This document shows, in pieces, positions 34,101-46,619 of a stretch of DNA of 64,000 bases. Position numbers and translations under genes: made by a program. How positions within the stretch are numbered: position 1 is the stretch's first letter; the number at the start of each line of letters is the position of its first letter. Origin of the DNA: Antedon mediterranea (Eukaryota > Animalia > Echinodermata); NCBI RefSeq assembly GCF_964355755.1, contig NC_092676.1, forward strand, positions 29,344,871 to 29,408,870. The letters run 5' to 3'. The notes beneath the pieces are model-generated. The model saw only the letters and a list, made by a program, of their open reading frames with translations. It ran no database searches and had not been told where the DNA came from.

Positions 34101-37100
34101 CTGCAGAATTACTGTACAGCCTGTACTGCAGAATTACTGTACATTAACTACTGCAGAATTACTGTACAGCCTGTACTGCAGAATTACTGTACATTATCTA
34201 CTGCAGAATTACTGTACATTATGTACTGCAGAATTACTGTACAGCCTGTACTGCAGAATTACTGTACATTATATACTGCAGAATTACTGTACAGCCTGTA
34301 CTGCAGAATTACTGTACATTAACTACTGCAGAATTACTGTACAGCCTGTACTGCAGAATTACTGTACATTAACTACTGCAGAATTACTGTACAGCCTGTA
34401 CTGCAGAATTACTGTACATTGTCATTATGTAGTGCAGAATTACTGTACATTATCTACTGCAGAATTACTGTACTGCAGAATTACTGTACTGCAGAATTAC
34501 TGTACTGCAGAATTACTGTACATTAACTACTGCAGAATTACTGTACATTATGTAGTGCAGAATTACTGTACATTATCTACTGCAGAATTACTGTACTGCA
34601 GAATTACTGTACATTATGTACTGCAGAATTACTGTACAGCCTGCACTGTAGCTTGCGGGTACATTATGTACTGCAGAATTACTGTACTGCAGAATTACTG
34701 TACATTATGTACTGCAGAATTACTGTACAGCCTGTACTGTAGCTTGCGGGTACATTATGTACTGCAGAATTACTGTTTAGCTTTTACTGTAGGATTACTG
34801 TACTTGTTGCAGGTACAGTATATAAATATACTGTAAGTTGCAGGTATGTAAAACATACAGAATATATAATATTCAGGTTTAGGTAAGTAATTAACTCTTG
34901 TATTCTCAGTTACAAATTCTGGTATGTATGTTTCCATTACATTATACTGTACATAACAAAAATCACAATTTGACACAAATATCTTTTTGCTACTTAAGTT
35001 TTGTAGCAGAATTGGACCATCATTTTACAATTGGATTCAATTCAAAGAACATTAATTCACGTCCAAAAGATATTTCCTGTCTTTGACTATTTGTTTTATG
35101 GATACGATGGTAAGTTGATAACTATATTTAAAGTAACAAAAATCCACTTCTTCCAACGATGTATCAGTGCTTTCTAATTGTTAGGAATTAATTATGAATA
35201 TAAACTGTTTTCATCTTATAAAATGTTTTTTGGGAGAGAGAATATTTTTCCAGATTTTACCACTAAAGAGATTCACTGTTCTATTTTATTTGTAATGTCA
35301 ACATAAACAAATATTACCTGAAAAATGTTAGACAGAAAGAAAATTGTAATATGTATTTTTGCATTCAAATTTGGGTGACGATTTTTTAAAATTTTTGGCA
35401 GAAAGTACTAAACTAAAAAATGGCACTCTGGTGTAATAATCTTACCTGGTCTTTTCATGATAAATATGAAATAAAAATTTAAATCAATTATAAATTAAAT
35501 ACAAGTACATAAATGAAGTAAAACATATTTTAGAAATTAATTTTTACAAAAAAAGAAATTTCTAGAATAAATTGACGATATGCCACTGATTATAAATGTT
35601 TCATCTCCCGATTCAGATAAAATGTTAAAATTATCTCAGGGAAATCGTTGGCACACGTCGCGTCTTTACCAGAGGAATCACACGGCAGCAGCCGATTTAA
35701 CGTACGGATGTCCACGCAGTCGCTAGTCACAGGCATAAACGCTGAGTGGTTTGTACAATAAGTGAGGATACTAGTCTCAGTGCATGTAAATTGAGAAGGG
35801 TTAAATATCATACTGGTACTAGGTAGTGATCACTGGTAAATTTTAAAGGTTTAAATCAATGGTGATATAGTGATCATCGCTTTAAAAATTACGATAAATT
35901 TAAGGGTTTTTTTTTTTAAATAAAAATTGTAAGCAGGGATTGTGATCTGTAACTAATTCACTTACACCTGACAAAGTAAAGGCAAAATTTTAGAAATCGA
36001 TAGCTTAATGAAAAATAAATGTATAGATTTTGGTGGCAACTACTCAGAATTACTCCTTTCCCATATTATCAAACCTTATTTGTGAAAGAGTAGGTGATTA
36101 GGCCCAAAATTAATTAATTTTCAATGTTGAGTTTAAGGTGTGTTTGGCAATCATAAAATAGTTTTTGTATAAAAATAGTCAAATAAGGTTTGATAATCAG
36201 TCAGTCATAAAACTCTGATGATGTTGCAGAAAACAAGGTATGTCATTGACCCTGTGATTCTGACCTGTCATTAGGAAGATTAGTATACTATTGAAGTTTC
36301 ATAATTGAAGCTAAATGTTTTTCTCCATGATTTTTTAATTCACTTACTGTAGTAATCCTTTTTTTTTTTTTGTGTATAAAGAATAATCATTTTGGGAGAT
36401 AATTCTTATGTTGTGTAGCAGCAGTGTTTAATATCCATTTTTTTTATTTAGGTTCCAAATCCAAAAACAATGCAGATCAATTTGACTGGTTTTTTAAACG
36501 CGAAGAATGCCAATAAGTTCATGGAAGCGCTCTGGGAGCTGTTACTGAGTGCTCAGGATAACATTGCTGGTATTCCAGCTGCCTTCCTTGAGCAGAAGAA
36601 AGAAGAAATCAAGAAGCGGCAGGTAGGACTTTAATACTTTAAACTATGTGCTAATTGTTGATGTAAAGTTTGCGATACACTGGGTATATATTTCTGAAAA
36701 GAAGTGTTAGAGTGTCTTATCATTTCAATCAATATACTTTGATCTTCCTCGGATGTACTAATTTTTCTCAATATTTGAATAGTAAGTGGATATCTGCAAT
36801 TAATATTATGAAAGGTAAATAAGGACAAATATAACCACTCTCCATATAATAAAGATTTAAAATGATGGGGTATTTCCAAACAACTATCTGTTACGATCTT
36901 CAAATCTCTTCACTAAATGGGAAGAAATTCTATTTTAGTGTGATTTTCCGTTTTCTTTCAAGTATTGTTTGTTTTGTATATGGAATTTTTATTCTGAAAT
37001 AAAGTGATCAATCAATCAAACACAATGTAAATTTAAAGGTCTGTCTACACTATCAAACTAGTTTCACAAAAAAGTGTGATATACACAAATATGGTAGTGA

Positions 37101-40100
37101 ATATAACATCATCATCTCCATATATGGGCACATCACATTGTTTTGTCACATAAAGTTTGATAGTTACTTAAATAATTTGATGCAGATGGAACAAGAACAG
37201 ATTCAAGCAAGTTTAAAGAAGCAGCAAGATAAAGATAAGGAACGACACAAGAGGTCAAAGGATGATGGAGATAAAAATGAAGATGATGGCAAAGCTAATG
37301 GTGATGCTGATTCAGAATCTAAGTGAGTAGATTTGATGTTTGTTTTGATTGCTGAAAAGAACAGTTCTCTTTGAAACCAGTTTCAACCGATATTGGATTC
37401 AATAAGTAACCAAATTCAATAACTTGTATTATAATCATGGCTGCAAATTAAGGGGTATTTGGTCGCATTTGCGACCTAATTTTTCTGATTGCGACTAAAG
37501 AAACAGAATAGAAGATCGTCTGCTTGTGCGAGTTGTTTCAAATTGAAGTCAGGTGTGTTTTCCCTTTTTCAAACACTGTGTTGTAATTTAATCTCTCTAC
37601 TACGGAAGGCTCAGGAGTTTCCACTAGTCACCGCCGCCGCAAAGGAGTCCGGTTCATTCAAGCGTACAAAGCCCCTAAACATTTTACACTCGTTGTGATT
37701 GGAAGTTCGTCCATTTATTGCATGCTGCCTTACCCAATCACACAAAAGGACACTGAACACACAGCACAGTGTGACGCGCGGACGACACAAACCTCGTGGA
37801 AAATCACCTCCGTTTTAAAGAAGGAATATAATTATAAAAACAATTGTACCGCCGTACACAGAAGTTAGCCAGGGCGGGCGCGGTAGATACAAAGGATTGT
37901 CGCCGCGCAGTCATCAGCATTTTTTAGGCAGTATAATGGTTATATCATGATTACTAAATAATGTAATAATGATATATATAATAATATCTATTCATTATAT
38001 AGATTAAACAGCAGTATTGTTTATCAGTAGATTTAATACTTTATTCCAGATTCTGATTATCGAAAATTATATATCAGAGAAAATACCGCAACTTTTCCTA
38101 CGAAGTAGCTTCGTAAATAAAACAGGCTACGTTGTTGGCTTTGTAGGTTACATTGTTTGGCTTCGTAAACCTCAAACAACTTCACGATGTTCTTAGTAAG
38201 TAACAAGGTGTGAAAATTATTATTTAATGTGTTATTTTTGACTGGCGGAGGAGGACCAATTTGTACATTACTAAGAAATATATACTATAATAGTTTTTAT
38301 TCGTAATGTTTCATTCGTGTGTTTTTTTACTCTCAATGGCGAAGATCCAACACAATGAACTATGCCAACTAATAAAAATAATATAGCGAACGTCCAGTCA
38401 ATCCAGAAACATGCAAACAAAAAGATCGTAAACAATTCATTCTAAATATAGTATCAGAACGTTCAATCGGTCGCTCAAAAAGACTGCCGACAGAAGACCG
38501 TAATTAATACAGACCTAGTTTTTTGGTCACATGTCATGAAACGTGATACTCTGTTTTACCACCGCAAACCTCTCGCATGTTTTTTTTACTCGGTACGAGG
38601 GGGATGGCACAAAACAGTGTACCTGAATTTTGCGTCACATGAAACGTAATACAGCTCGTAAACTGTTCCCACGGTTCACACGTTTTTCCCCTCCAAATTC
38701 TGGTCGGGTCTTTTGTCGTAATAATAATTTACAAAGGCCTATGTTAAATCTTAACATGGAATATATATTTATTTTGCATATATTTTGTTGGTGTCCTAGC
38801 CAAGGTGTTGTTGTTTTTATAATTCGCTAAACCAAGGTAGGATTGAATCATGTAGGCCGCCGAAACTCTCTCTGCGTGAGCTGAGGGCATCGGGCCCGAT
38901 GTCCTGCCAAATTAGGACAACCGATGTGTAGGGCGCCTACAAAAATTAACGGCTAGGATTTTAATTAGCCAACAATACATGTTTGTTTCCATTGTTCATG
39001 CTCCTAAAGGCGATGACATTGGTGTTTACAAATTACTAACCCTACGAACCACCCTACGATCCGACGCGTAGATATTATCATAAACAATACATCGTAGGCA
39101 TGGCAACGAAAAATACTTTGGAAATTATAGGATATGTTTAGCGAACAATGACCTCCGATCTATTTACGCGTAGGCTACGAAAGGTTACGCGTATATACAA
39201 AGCAGTAATTTCTTTCTGTACCGTAAAAAGAATAGATCTTGCGTGAATATAAGTGTGCATAACCCAAATTAATTGAATTCTTCAGTGCGGAATTTTTATG
39301 TGCTCAGAAATCGATTGAAACAACCTATAATTACTCAGAAATCCCCCCCCCCCCAAAGCGGGGCCATTGGCGGCCCCCTGACCCCCAGCCTAAGGTTGTA
39401 TTTCATTTTTATACACCCCCCTTCCCCCCCCCCCCACTAAACTCAAAACGGATCTGCGCGGATGGGGTTTGAGGGAAGGGGGTTAGTTGTCGATGAAAAG
39501 GTGCTACTAAAAAAATTGGTGGTGCTACCAAAAATTATTATGAGCCATCATACAAATTTGATAGTGCTACCAAGTAAAAAAGTTAATTTGCAGCCCTGAT
39601 AATTCATTTAAATATTTATCACTTTTTATTATTTTAATGATTCTACTAAGGTACAAAACATATCTCAAAATTGTAAGATTTTGACAATAAAGTTGACTTG
39701 TATCTTTCCTTCTTTTCAAATCAATTATTTATTTTCTTTCAAAATCAGGGCTGAATATAAAACTACAGGTACTATAATGCCAAGACCAGCCAAATGGGAC
39801 TGGGATCCACCAAAGAAAGATGGCGACGATGGTGATGGTAAAGAGAAGTCTAGATCAAGATCTCCTGCATCTCCCAAGGCTCCGGTCCTAAAGGGCACTC
39901 CTTCCCCTCCGCCTGTAGGCCAAATTAAACGAAAAGCAAGGTATGTCTCCCTTTTAACAAGTGTTTTGAGTAAACCTCTTTGTTTTTCTGAAGTGTCCTT
40001 TTGAAACGAGAGAATTGCAGAGGAAGTAATGGTTAAATAAAAGAGCACATGTTAAACTGACCCATTAAATTAGCCCATGGAATTTTTCCCCCTTTTTGGT

Positions 40101-43100
40101 AATAAAGAACCACTCTATATTAAAAACAAAATATCATGGCTTGTATGGCAGGTTTAGGTAGTGGTGCTCATACCATTGTGTTTTTGGTCATGATGAAGCC
40201 AAGATTAGAACCCAACCAGCACCAAGTGTGTCTCTGTCATAATAATTAAAAGATGAATATTTCATTTTCAGGTCAGATGCGGAGAGTGATGATGCAACCA
40301 CAAAACGTTCAAGAAACAGAAAGCGCAGAAGCTCCAGTTCAAGCTCCTCAAGTTCATCTCGTAGTTCATCCAGAGGTCGCGATAAACGTAAACATAGGAC
40401 AAAATCTAGGCAAGTACTGCTACTATTTCTGCCATGAATATATTTAGTTTACCAGTGCACCAATAAAAATCAAGTAGAGTTTTTTAAATATTTTATACAC
40501 ATCCACCAGTGAGTAACCCACCAATTACCGGATGAATACCATGCTTATAAACTAAGTCTCATTTGAGTATTAAGGAGTGAGGTTGAAAGAGTTACAACCC
40601 TGCACTAGGCCAGGATTGAACCCAGGACCTTGGGATTGGAAGGCAAACTTGGTGGTTTATGAGAATTATTAATTGGTTTATGATAATTAATGAGTAGATT
40701 TATTTGTTTAAACAGGTCACCTAGAAGGAGATCCTCAAGAAGATCTCCAAGACGATCACGTAGTCCGAGAAGATCTCGAAGTCCAAGACGATCACCACGT
40801 CGCAGAAAATCTCCTAGATTTCGAACTAGGACACCGCCAAGAAGGAGATCCCCTCGAAGATCTCCCCGCAGGCGTTCACCGCCAAGACGACGATCGCCAC
40901 CTAGAAGACGATCCCCATCTCCCAGAAGACGGTCTCCACACAGGAGGCCTTCACCATCACGAAGGCGTAGTCCCTCGCCTCGTAGACGGGTTCCTTCTCC
41001 AAGAAGGCGACCGTCTCCACGTCGTAGACCCGTTAGGAGCTCACCTGACAGCCCGTCACCAGTTAGAAGAAAGAAGAAATCACCACCAGTTAAAAAGTAA
41101 GCTAATCAGGCTCATGCTATATCTTGATTATATTTGTTCTATTTTTAGAATATAGTGACGCAATAAGAATTTCAAATTCTTTGCCCATATTTTCTGAGAG
41201 TAAACAATATATATAGCTGCAGTTGCGTGAGCAAATTTGAGTTGGTGTTTACCGACCAACATTTTGAGCTATAAAGTTGCATTGCACGCGACTACGAAGA
41301 TTTCAGTTTTGTGCAATATTTATTTATTACACTACTGTTTTCTTTTCAATAGAAGGTCAAGGTCATCTGACTCGGATTCCTCTGCATCTGGGTCCGAATC
41401 CTCGAGCAGTTCCCGATCTCCATCGCCAAAACCTAAGAAGTTTGTAGACCGGAAGCCATCACCAAGCTCCTCAGACGATTCCGATGCTCCTCCACAAACT
41501 ATAAAAACTGAACCAAAGTCCCCTTCACCACCTCCGGCTCATTATAAACAGAAGTTGGAGAAACAGAATGAGAAAGACAAAGTGGAAGCTAAGGTAAATT
41601 CTGGTTTTTTGTTTATATATTTAGGCAAATTGCCAAGGATAATCATAAGCGAATTCATTACTATCCCTTTCAAAAGACAAACATATACACAAGATGCTCT
41701 CTACTTAAACAAAGTCTTATTACGCGTCTTTGTGAGTGGAGTTATAAATTTCCATTGTCATTAGAAACAATCGGACACTGACAGGACTTCAACCCAGGAC
41801 CCTTGGATTGGTAGCCAAGCATCATAACCACCCCATTCTGATTTTTATGTCTAGACTATATATATGTGAATTTAGATATACTGTAGTATGCTCCGTTTTG
41901 TTTACAAATACAGTTAAATGAATCAAATTGTTTCTTAATTAGAGCATATTTCTAAACGCATTTCAGTTGTAAAATTATACTTGATGATAGTGCAGAACAA
42001 TTATAAAATATTACTGTGTTAATGGGTTTATGAAAAAAACCCACCTCTGTTACGAGTCTTTCACACCTACTCTGTCTCAATGTTTCGTTTTCATGGCGCG
42101 TCATGCAGCTTGTACCAACCTTTTTACTTGATATGGACTGGAGTCGTATGGCAGCAGGTGTGAAGGACCTTTAAAGCCTTGTCTACACTAACAAATTTTA
42201 TGTGTCGCAAACGTTTGATGTGCCAATATATGGTAGTGCGATGCTTAAATATGGTAGTGATATGACATCATCATGGGCACATCAGAATCTTTTTTTTTGA
42301 TAGTGAAGGCTTTACAAACTTATTTTAAGTTACCAATACAATTGAAGTAAAATAATTATATTTTAATTATATATTTATTGATAATACTGTATTGGGATTT
42401 CTTGTTTTATATTTAGTCCTGATATGATTTCATTTGGATCCTAATATTATAACAAAATTAAAAAATTCTCTTCTGTTTTATTTAGGCAAATGAAAGTGCT
42501 AAGAAAACTAAAGCACAAAGTGACAGCGATTCTAGTAGTACTGATGTTGAGAAAAAAAAGGCACCATCTCCCAAGAAGAGCAGATTCCCCCAAAGGGTCT
42601 ACAGACGCCATTCATCAAGCTCATCCTCCGACAGCGATGATGATGAAAAACCAAGTAAAAATCGTAAAGCCAGGAAGTCAAAATCATCAAGTCGATCTGC
42701 TTCACCGTCTAGACGAAAGAGACCTGGAGCCAGGGGGCATGACGCGTAAGTTAATTTGAGTAGTTTAAACTTGATACTGTATTTGTTTATTGTTTCTCTG
42801 CACAAACACAATGTGTCACAATAAAAAAACAAAGTTACATCAGTAAAAAAAGTGTGCAGAAGGAGGCTAAAAGGAGTTAGGAGACAGTAATAATACTTGT
42901 TTCTAAACAATTTTTGTTTGAAGTATTAATTTATATATTTTTTATTTAATAAATTCAGTAAGCCCCGATCAAGGAGTCCTAGAAAACGAAGTCCACGAAA
43001 AAGAACTCCAACTCCTCCAAGACGGCGCTATTCTCCAGTCAGAACAAGACATTCTCCCGTTTACAGACCTAGACGTCGTAGCCCAATGATACAACGTTAC

Positions 43101-45479
43101 AGGCGACCTGATCCATACTATAGAAGGAGTCCGTCTCATGATAGAAGTCGAAGGTATTCACCAGACAGACGCAGGAGGAGTCCCACCCCAGAAAAGCGCC
43201 GCAGAAGAAGTCCTTCCCCACAAAGAAGAGCATTTCAAGATAAAGATCGCCGTGAATCGCCTGAAAAAAGTAAGCGATCACCAAGTCCGAGGAGAAGATC
43301 AGGATCTGGGCGTAGAAGCAGCCCTCACCAACACAGATCTCCAGTAAAAAAGCAGAAGAGTCCTTCACCAGTGATCAGACATCAAAGACAATCCAGCAGT
43401 AGTCCGGAACCTCCACCAATTCAGAAAAAGCAACGTTCACCATCGGTTGAACTAGAAGAAACTAAATTACCAGAAAAAAAGAAGAAAGGTTCAGAAAAGA
43501 GGGCAGAGAAAGTAAAGAGGCAAAAAATGTCGTCACCAGAAGCAGATTCTAGCAGTCCAGATCAGAGGAATGATTCCGATATCGAGGATTTACAGACTCC
43601 AAGTAAAAAGAAGAAAAGGACAGCAGAAGGTGCTTCACCAAAGGTATGGTGATGATTAAATGCAAAATATGGCACTAACTGGCCATTATCTAAGTGGGTC
43701 TTTAAAGCTCAGGTACAGGCATGAATTTTAAATATAAAATTTGGTTAATTGTACATAAATCAAATATTTGTAACAGAAATCAAGATGAAAAAACATGAAT
43801 TTCCCCCTTAATATGGTCAAATACAAAATTTGGCAAAATTCTTCTATAAAAACCAGGAAGACTTTTTTTCAGTAGTTAGGCAGTTAACCTAATGTAATAA
43901 CATGTCTGGTGACTCCCTAGCAGGTGAAAAAAAGATGGTAGATATACGGTGGATAATTTTTGCTATAGCATGAAAATAAAAATCTGAAGTTGAATAAAAA
44001 TATCAGAAATGTAATATTTTTCATAGCTTTTTAAAATGCCTCTCTATTTACAAAATTTGTGTACAAAAGAATAGAGATTTTACTGTGTAATTTGAACTAT
44101 CCCCCCACTGATAAGAAAGTGCTTATTTTCAACAAGCTCGTGTAACACAAAGAAAATCCAAAAACTATGAAACATAGTAGAAACTATAGATCGATAATTA
44201 TTGGAATGTATGATCAATAGAAATTTTTGGCACCTGGCCTTTAAGTTCATGAAAGACTTCCTAATATGGGACCCTGAGTTTGCCAAAACAAGATTAGTAC
44301 ACCGATGTGCCAGATAATTGTCGTATTTGATTGGGACTTTTACCGTTGAGTACTTATTTAATGGAGTATTGTGAGCGTTGAGATTGTTCTTAACAGAAAA
44401 GCTTGCGTTTTCAAAGTTTTCTATTCGAATGACGTTCTGTTGAGCACAAATTTACAATTCGAATACAAAAAGTACTCAACAAATCTTTATGTTGACAACG
44501 AAAGTTCCAATTCGAATACAACAAGTGTTTCTATCTAAAAAAAATCTGGAATACTTTATTACCATTAAAAACATATACTACACCACTTTCCTGTGCTGTA
44601 AGTTGCATTGTATGCAATTGTTTGCTGAATTTATCAACTGCTTTCATTTATACTGCATGTCTATTTTTTCCTCTAAGGTTGCATCGGAAAAGAAGAAAGA
44701 TAAGAAAAAGCACAAGAAACATAAGAAACACAAAAAGCATAAAAAACACAAGAAGTCCAAGAAAGCGCAACTAGCAGGTGTAAGTATGAGTACATGAAAT
44801 TAGTATTACTCTACAGAAATGAATTATTTTTTATAGCCAACCTACTTCCTAAATATAACTTAACCTACCCTCTAAATAATCGCTACTATGAAAAAAAAAA
44901 CATTGATTAAAGATAACAATAGGGTTTAAACACAATTGCGGCAAAAAACCGTTATGCAACCTATTTCTCCAAGCTTACATAGCGCTCTCTATAATGCCTA
45001 AATCTCATGAATTATTCGTGATTTTTGCAAAAGATGTCGAAAATCAAATTGCATTGTACCTCGTCGTTAAAATGACTCATACGAGTACGCAATAGTGAAA
45101 CCCCTCCTTTGGGACACCACTATTAAGGTGTGAAACATTTAACACTACCGCCAACCCTCATTCAGACAACACTTTATTGGGCCCAGAAAATGTATTTAAC
45201 CTAATCCCTCCTTTCCCACCCACCCATTGTTTCATTATTATAACTGATGCATTTTTTTCCTGCCATTTGCCACCACGGTTGGAGTTGTTTTGATTGGCAA
45301 TAAAGAATCAGAATTTAACCACAGACCATGATTTTACATTTCTGTAGGATTCAGACAGTGATGGGGACAACTTAGAAAATTTGGAAATGCAACTGCGAGA
45401 AAAAGCGTTGCAATCGATGAAACGAGCAAGGGAACAGACAGCACCCGATGAGGAGGGTTCTTCATCATCATCGTCGTAA
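31189..45479 (+). CDS. SRRM1: Serine/arginine repetitive matrix protein 1 (SRm160), PWI domain plus RS repeats, 891 aa
   Basis: Exons 31189-31212, 31853-31942, 32585-32707, 36452-36622, 37186-37322, 39749-39940, 40272-40409 (GC donor), 40716-41096, 41353-41593, 42486-42745, 42959-43643, 44678-44779, 45348-45479; phase-consistent, 2676 nt. N-terminus MSDAGFFRGTSADQDNRFANKQKKL, IKPWITKKI, MQINLTGFL, RSP repeats, KKHKKH run and C-terminal LEMQLREKALQSM. Confidence 0.96.
32000..32250. repeat. Dispersed repeat with an inverted copy at about 44330-44525
   Basis: gtattcgatttggaactt...gatttgttgagtacttttt...acaatctcaatgctca...aagtactcaacgg matches the reverse complement of the 44330-44525 segment. 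Confidence 0.6.
33490..34800. repeat. Composite 25/16-bp minisatellite in SRRM1 intron 3
   Basis: Core ACTGCAGAATTACTGT followed by ACATTATCT/ACATTATGT/ACATTAACT or ACAGCCTGT; about 50 units. Confidence 0.95.
36640..37020 (+). mobile_element. Probable 5'-truncated LINE 3' fragment with (AATC)n tail
   Basis: Ends ...TKWEEILF*, then a U-rich 3'UTR, AATAAA and caatcaatcaa; a similar 3'UTR fragment occurs at about 8018-8080. Confidence 0.4.
37035..37165. mobile_element. MITE family A (truncated)
   Basis: tctgtctacactatcaaac ... aagtttgatagt. Confidence 0.75.
37436..39598. mobile_element. Non-autonomous hAT-like element in SRRM1 intron 5
   Basis: TIR CATGGCTGCAAATTAA / TTAATTTGCAGCCCTG (15/16 match), flanked by ATAAT on both sides; subterminal gtgctac/tgcgac repeats; no transposase ORF. 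Confidence 0.75.
42173..42313. mobile_element. MITE family A, abutting another small hairpin MITE (about 42054-42172)
   Basis: aaagccttgtctacacta...atatggtagtgatatgacatcatc...ttgatagtg; neighbour tttcacacct...aggtgtgaa. Confidence 0.7.
43702..44244. mobile_element. TTAA-flanked non-autonomous element; inverted copy of 28860-29461
   Basis: ttaaagctcaggtacaggcatgaatttt ... ggcacctggcctttaa. Confidence 0.78.
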
Positions 45480-45899
45480 ATGTGGACATGGTGGGAGTTG
45501 GTTTATTGTTAGGTTGTTTTGTAAAGCTTATAGCATTGTAACAGTTTTGATCAATAACAAATAAACAAGAAATAAATGTTCATTTAACCGAATATCTTCA
45601 CTTTCTATGAACATTTTAATCAAGTATAAATTACCTTCTGTATTAGAATTTTAAAAATTGTGCATTTAAGATTGAAATTGGTATTATTATTACGAGAAAG
45701 GTTGACCCAAAAATATAACCCTCCCAATACACCAGCAGCACAAACTATTCCTTGGTATGCTTGTGCTATTTTATATTGTAATTTAAATTTTGTTGAATTC
45801 TCTGCACATGTTGAAATAAAATGTAGTAGACAAAGGACAATGACAGGCGTTTTATTTTCAAATGATTCGATTGTGCAAGCCGGCCCCATAAAAAGGTCC

Positions 45900-46210
45900 A
45901 ATCCCGTAGCAGTGTGTGGACACTGGGGTAACCCCCTACTCATCACAAGGTGGTTTAAAGTGCACATAGTCCTTATACAAGAATATTTATACTGGGTAGC
46001 CTCTTCAGTCTAAAACTGTTTTCCTTGAGGGCCCAGTGTATAAATTAAATAATAAGTTTGTGACAGTGTGTGTACTAGTGTACTACTGTAGGTTGTTTAA
46101 AAAGTGCATATGAGCTACGGTTTATAGTCCTTATTCGAGAAGGCCACCAGAACCATGGAGTGAGCCTTGTCGGTGTTATAGGTACGGGTCTATCTAATGC
46201 GCTTGGCCAT
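45900..46210 (-). mobile_element. Degenerate fragments of the tRNA-SINE seen at 8080
   Basis: Reverse complement contains ggctcactccatggtt...taaggactataaaccgtag and agtagggggttacccc, both shared with the 8080 element. Confidence 0.55.
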
Positions 46211-46619
46211 TATATAAGACTCTTGTTTGTATAGAGCAAACCCATATGTGCCATGTTTTTAATTTGAAGGTTAAATACACCGGCCTTGTATGCGATGCAG
46301 GACTCGCTGCATCACAAAATGTGTCCACATTGCCACAAACTGTGTACAAGCATCTGCTCGCTATTACATTTTTTTTTTATTATTAAACTTTAATGCAACT
46401 GCATGGCCCAGAGTTGATTAGCTCTGAGGTCAATGTATTACCAGCATGTAAGCAATCCCACTCCACCTGTTGGGAAAGGAGTTGAGGAATACCCATGAAG
46501 TAAATATTTTAGTTTAGTAAATATCTTCTAATTATCTGCTTTCCATGGACATTAATTTGATTCTGGATATTGTTGCTAAATGATGAGATTTTATTCTTGA
46601 TAAATTACATTGGGCTCAA

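Noticed and set aside
33512-34836. Long Cys/Tyr-rich ORFs (211 and 274 aa)
   Set aside because: Translations of the 25-bp minisatellite inside SRRM1 intron 3.
42490-43368. Alternative-frame and antisense ORFs over SRRM1 exons
   Set aside because: Explained by the phase-consistent SRRM1 frame and low-complexity codon usage.
45620-46013. Overlapping 115/117-aa ORFs downstream of SRRM1
   Set aside because: Partly within SINE remnants, with no splice or homology support.
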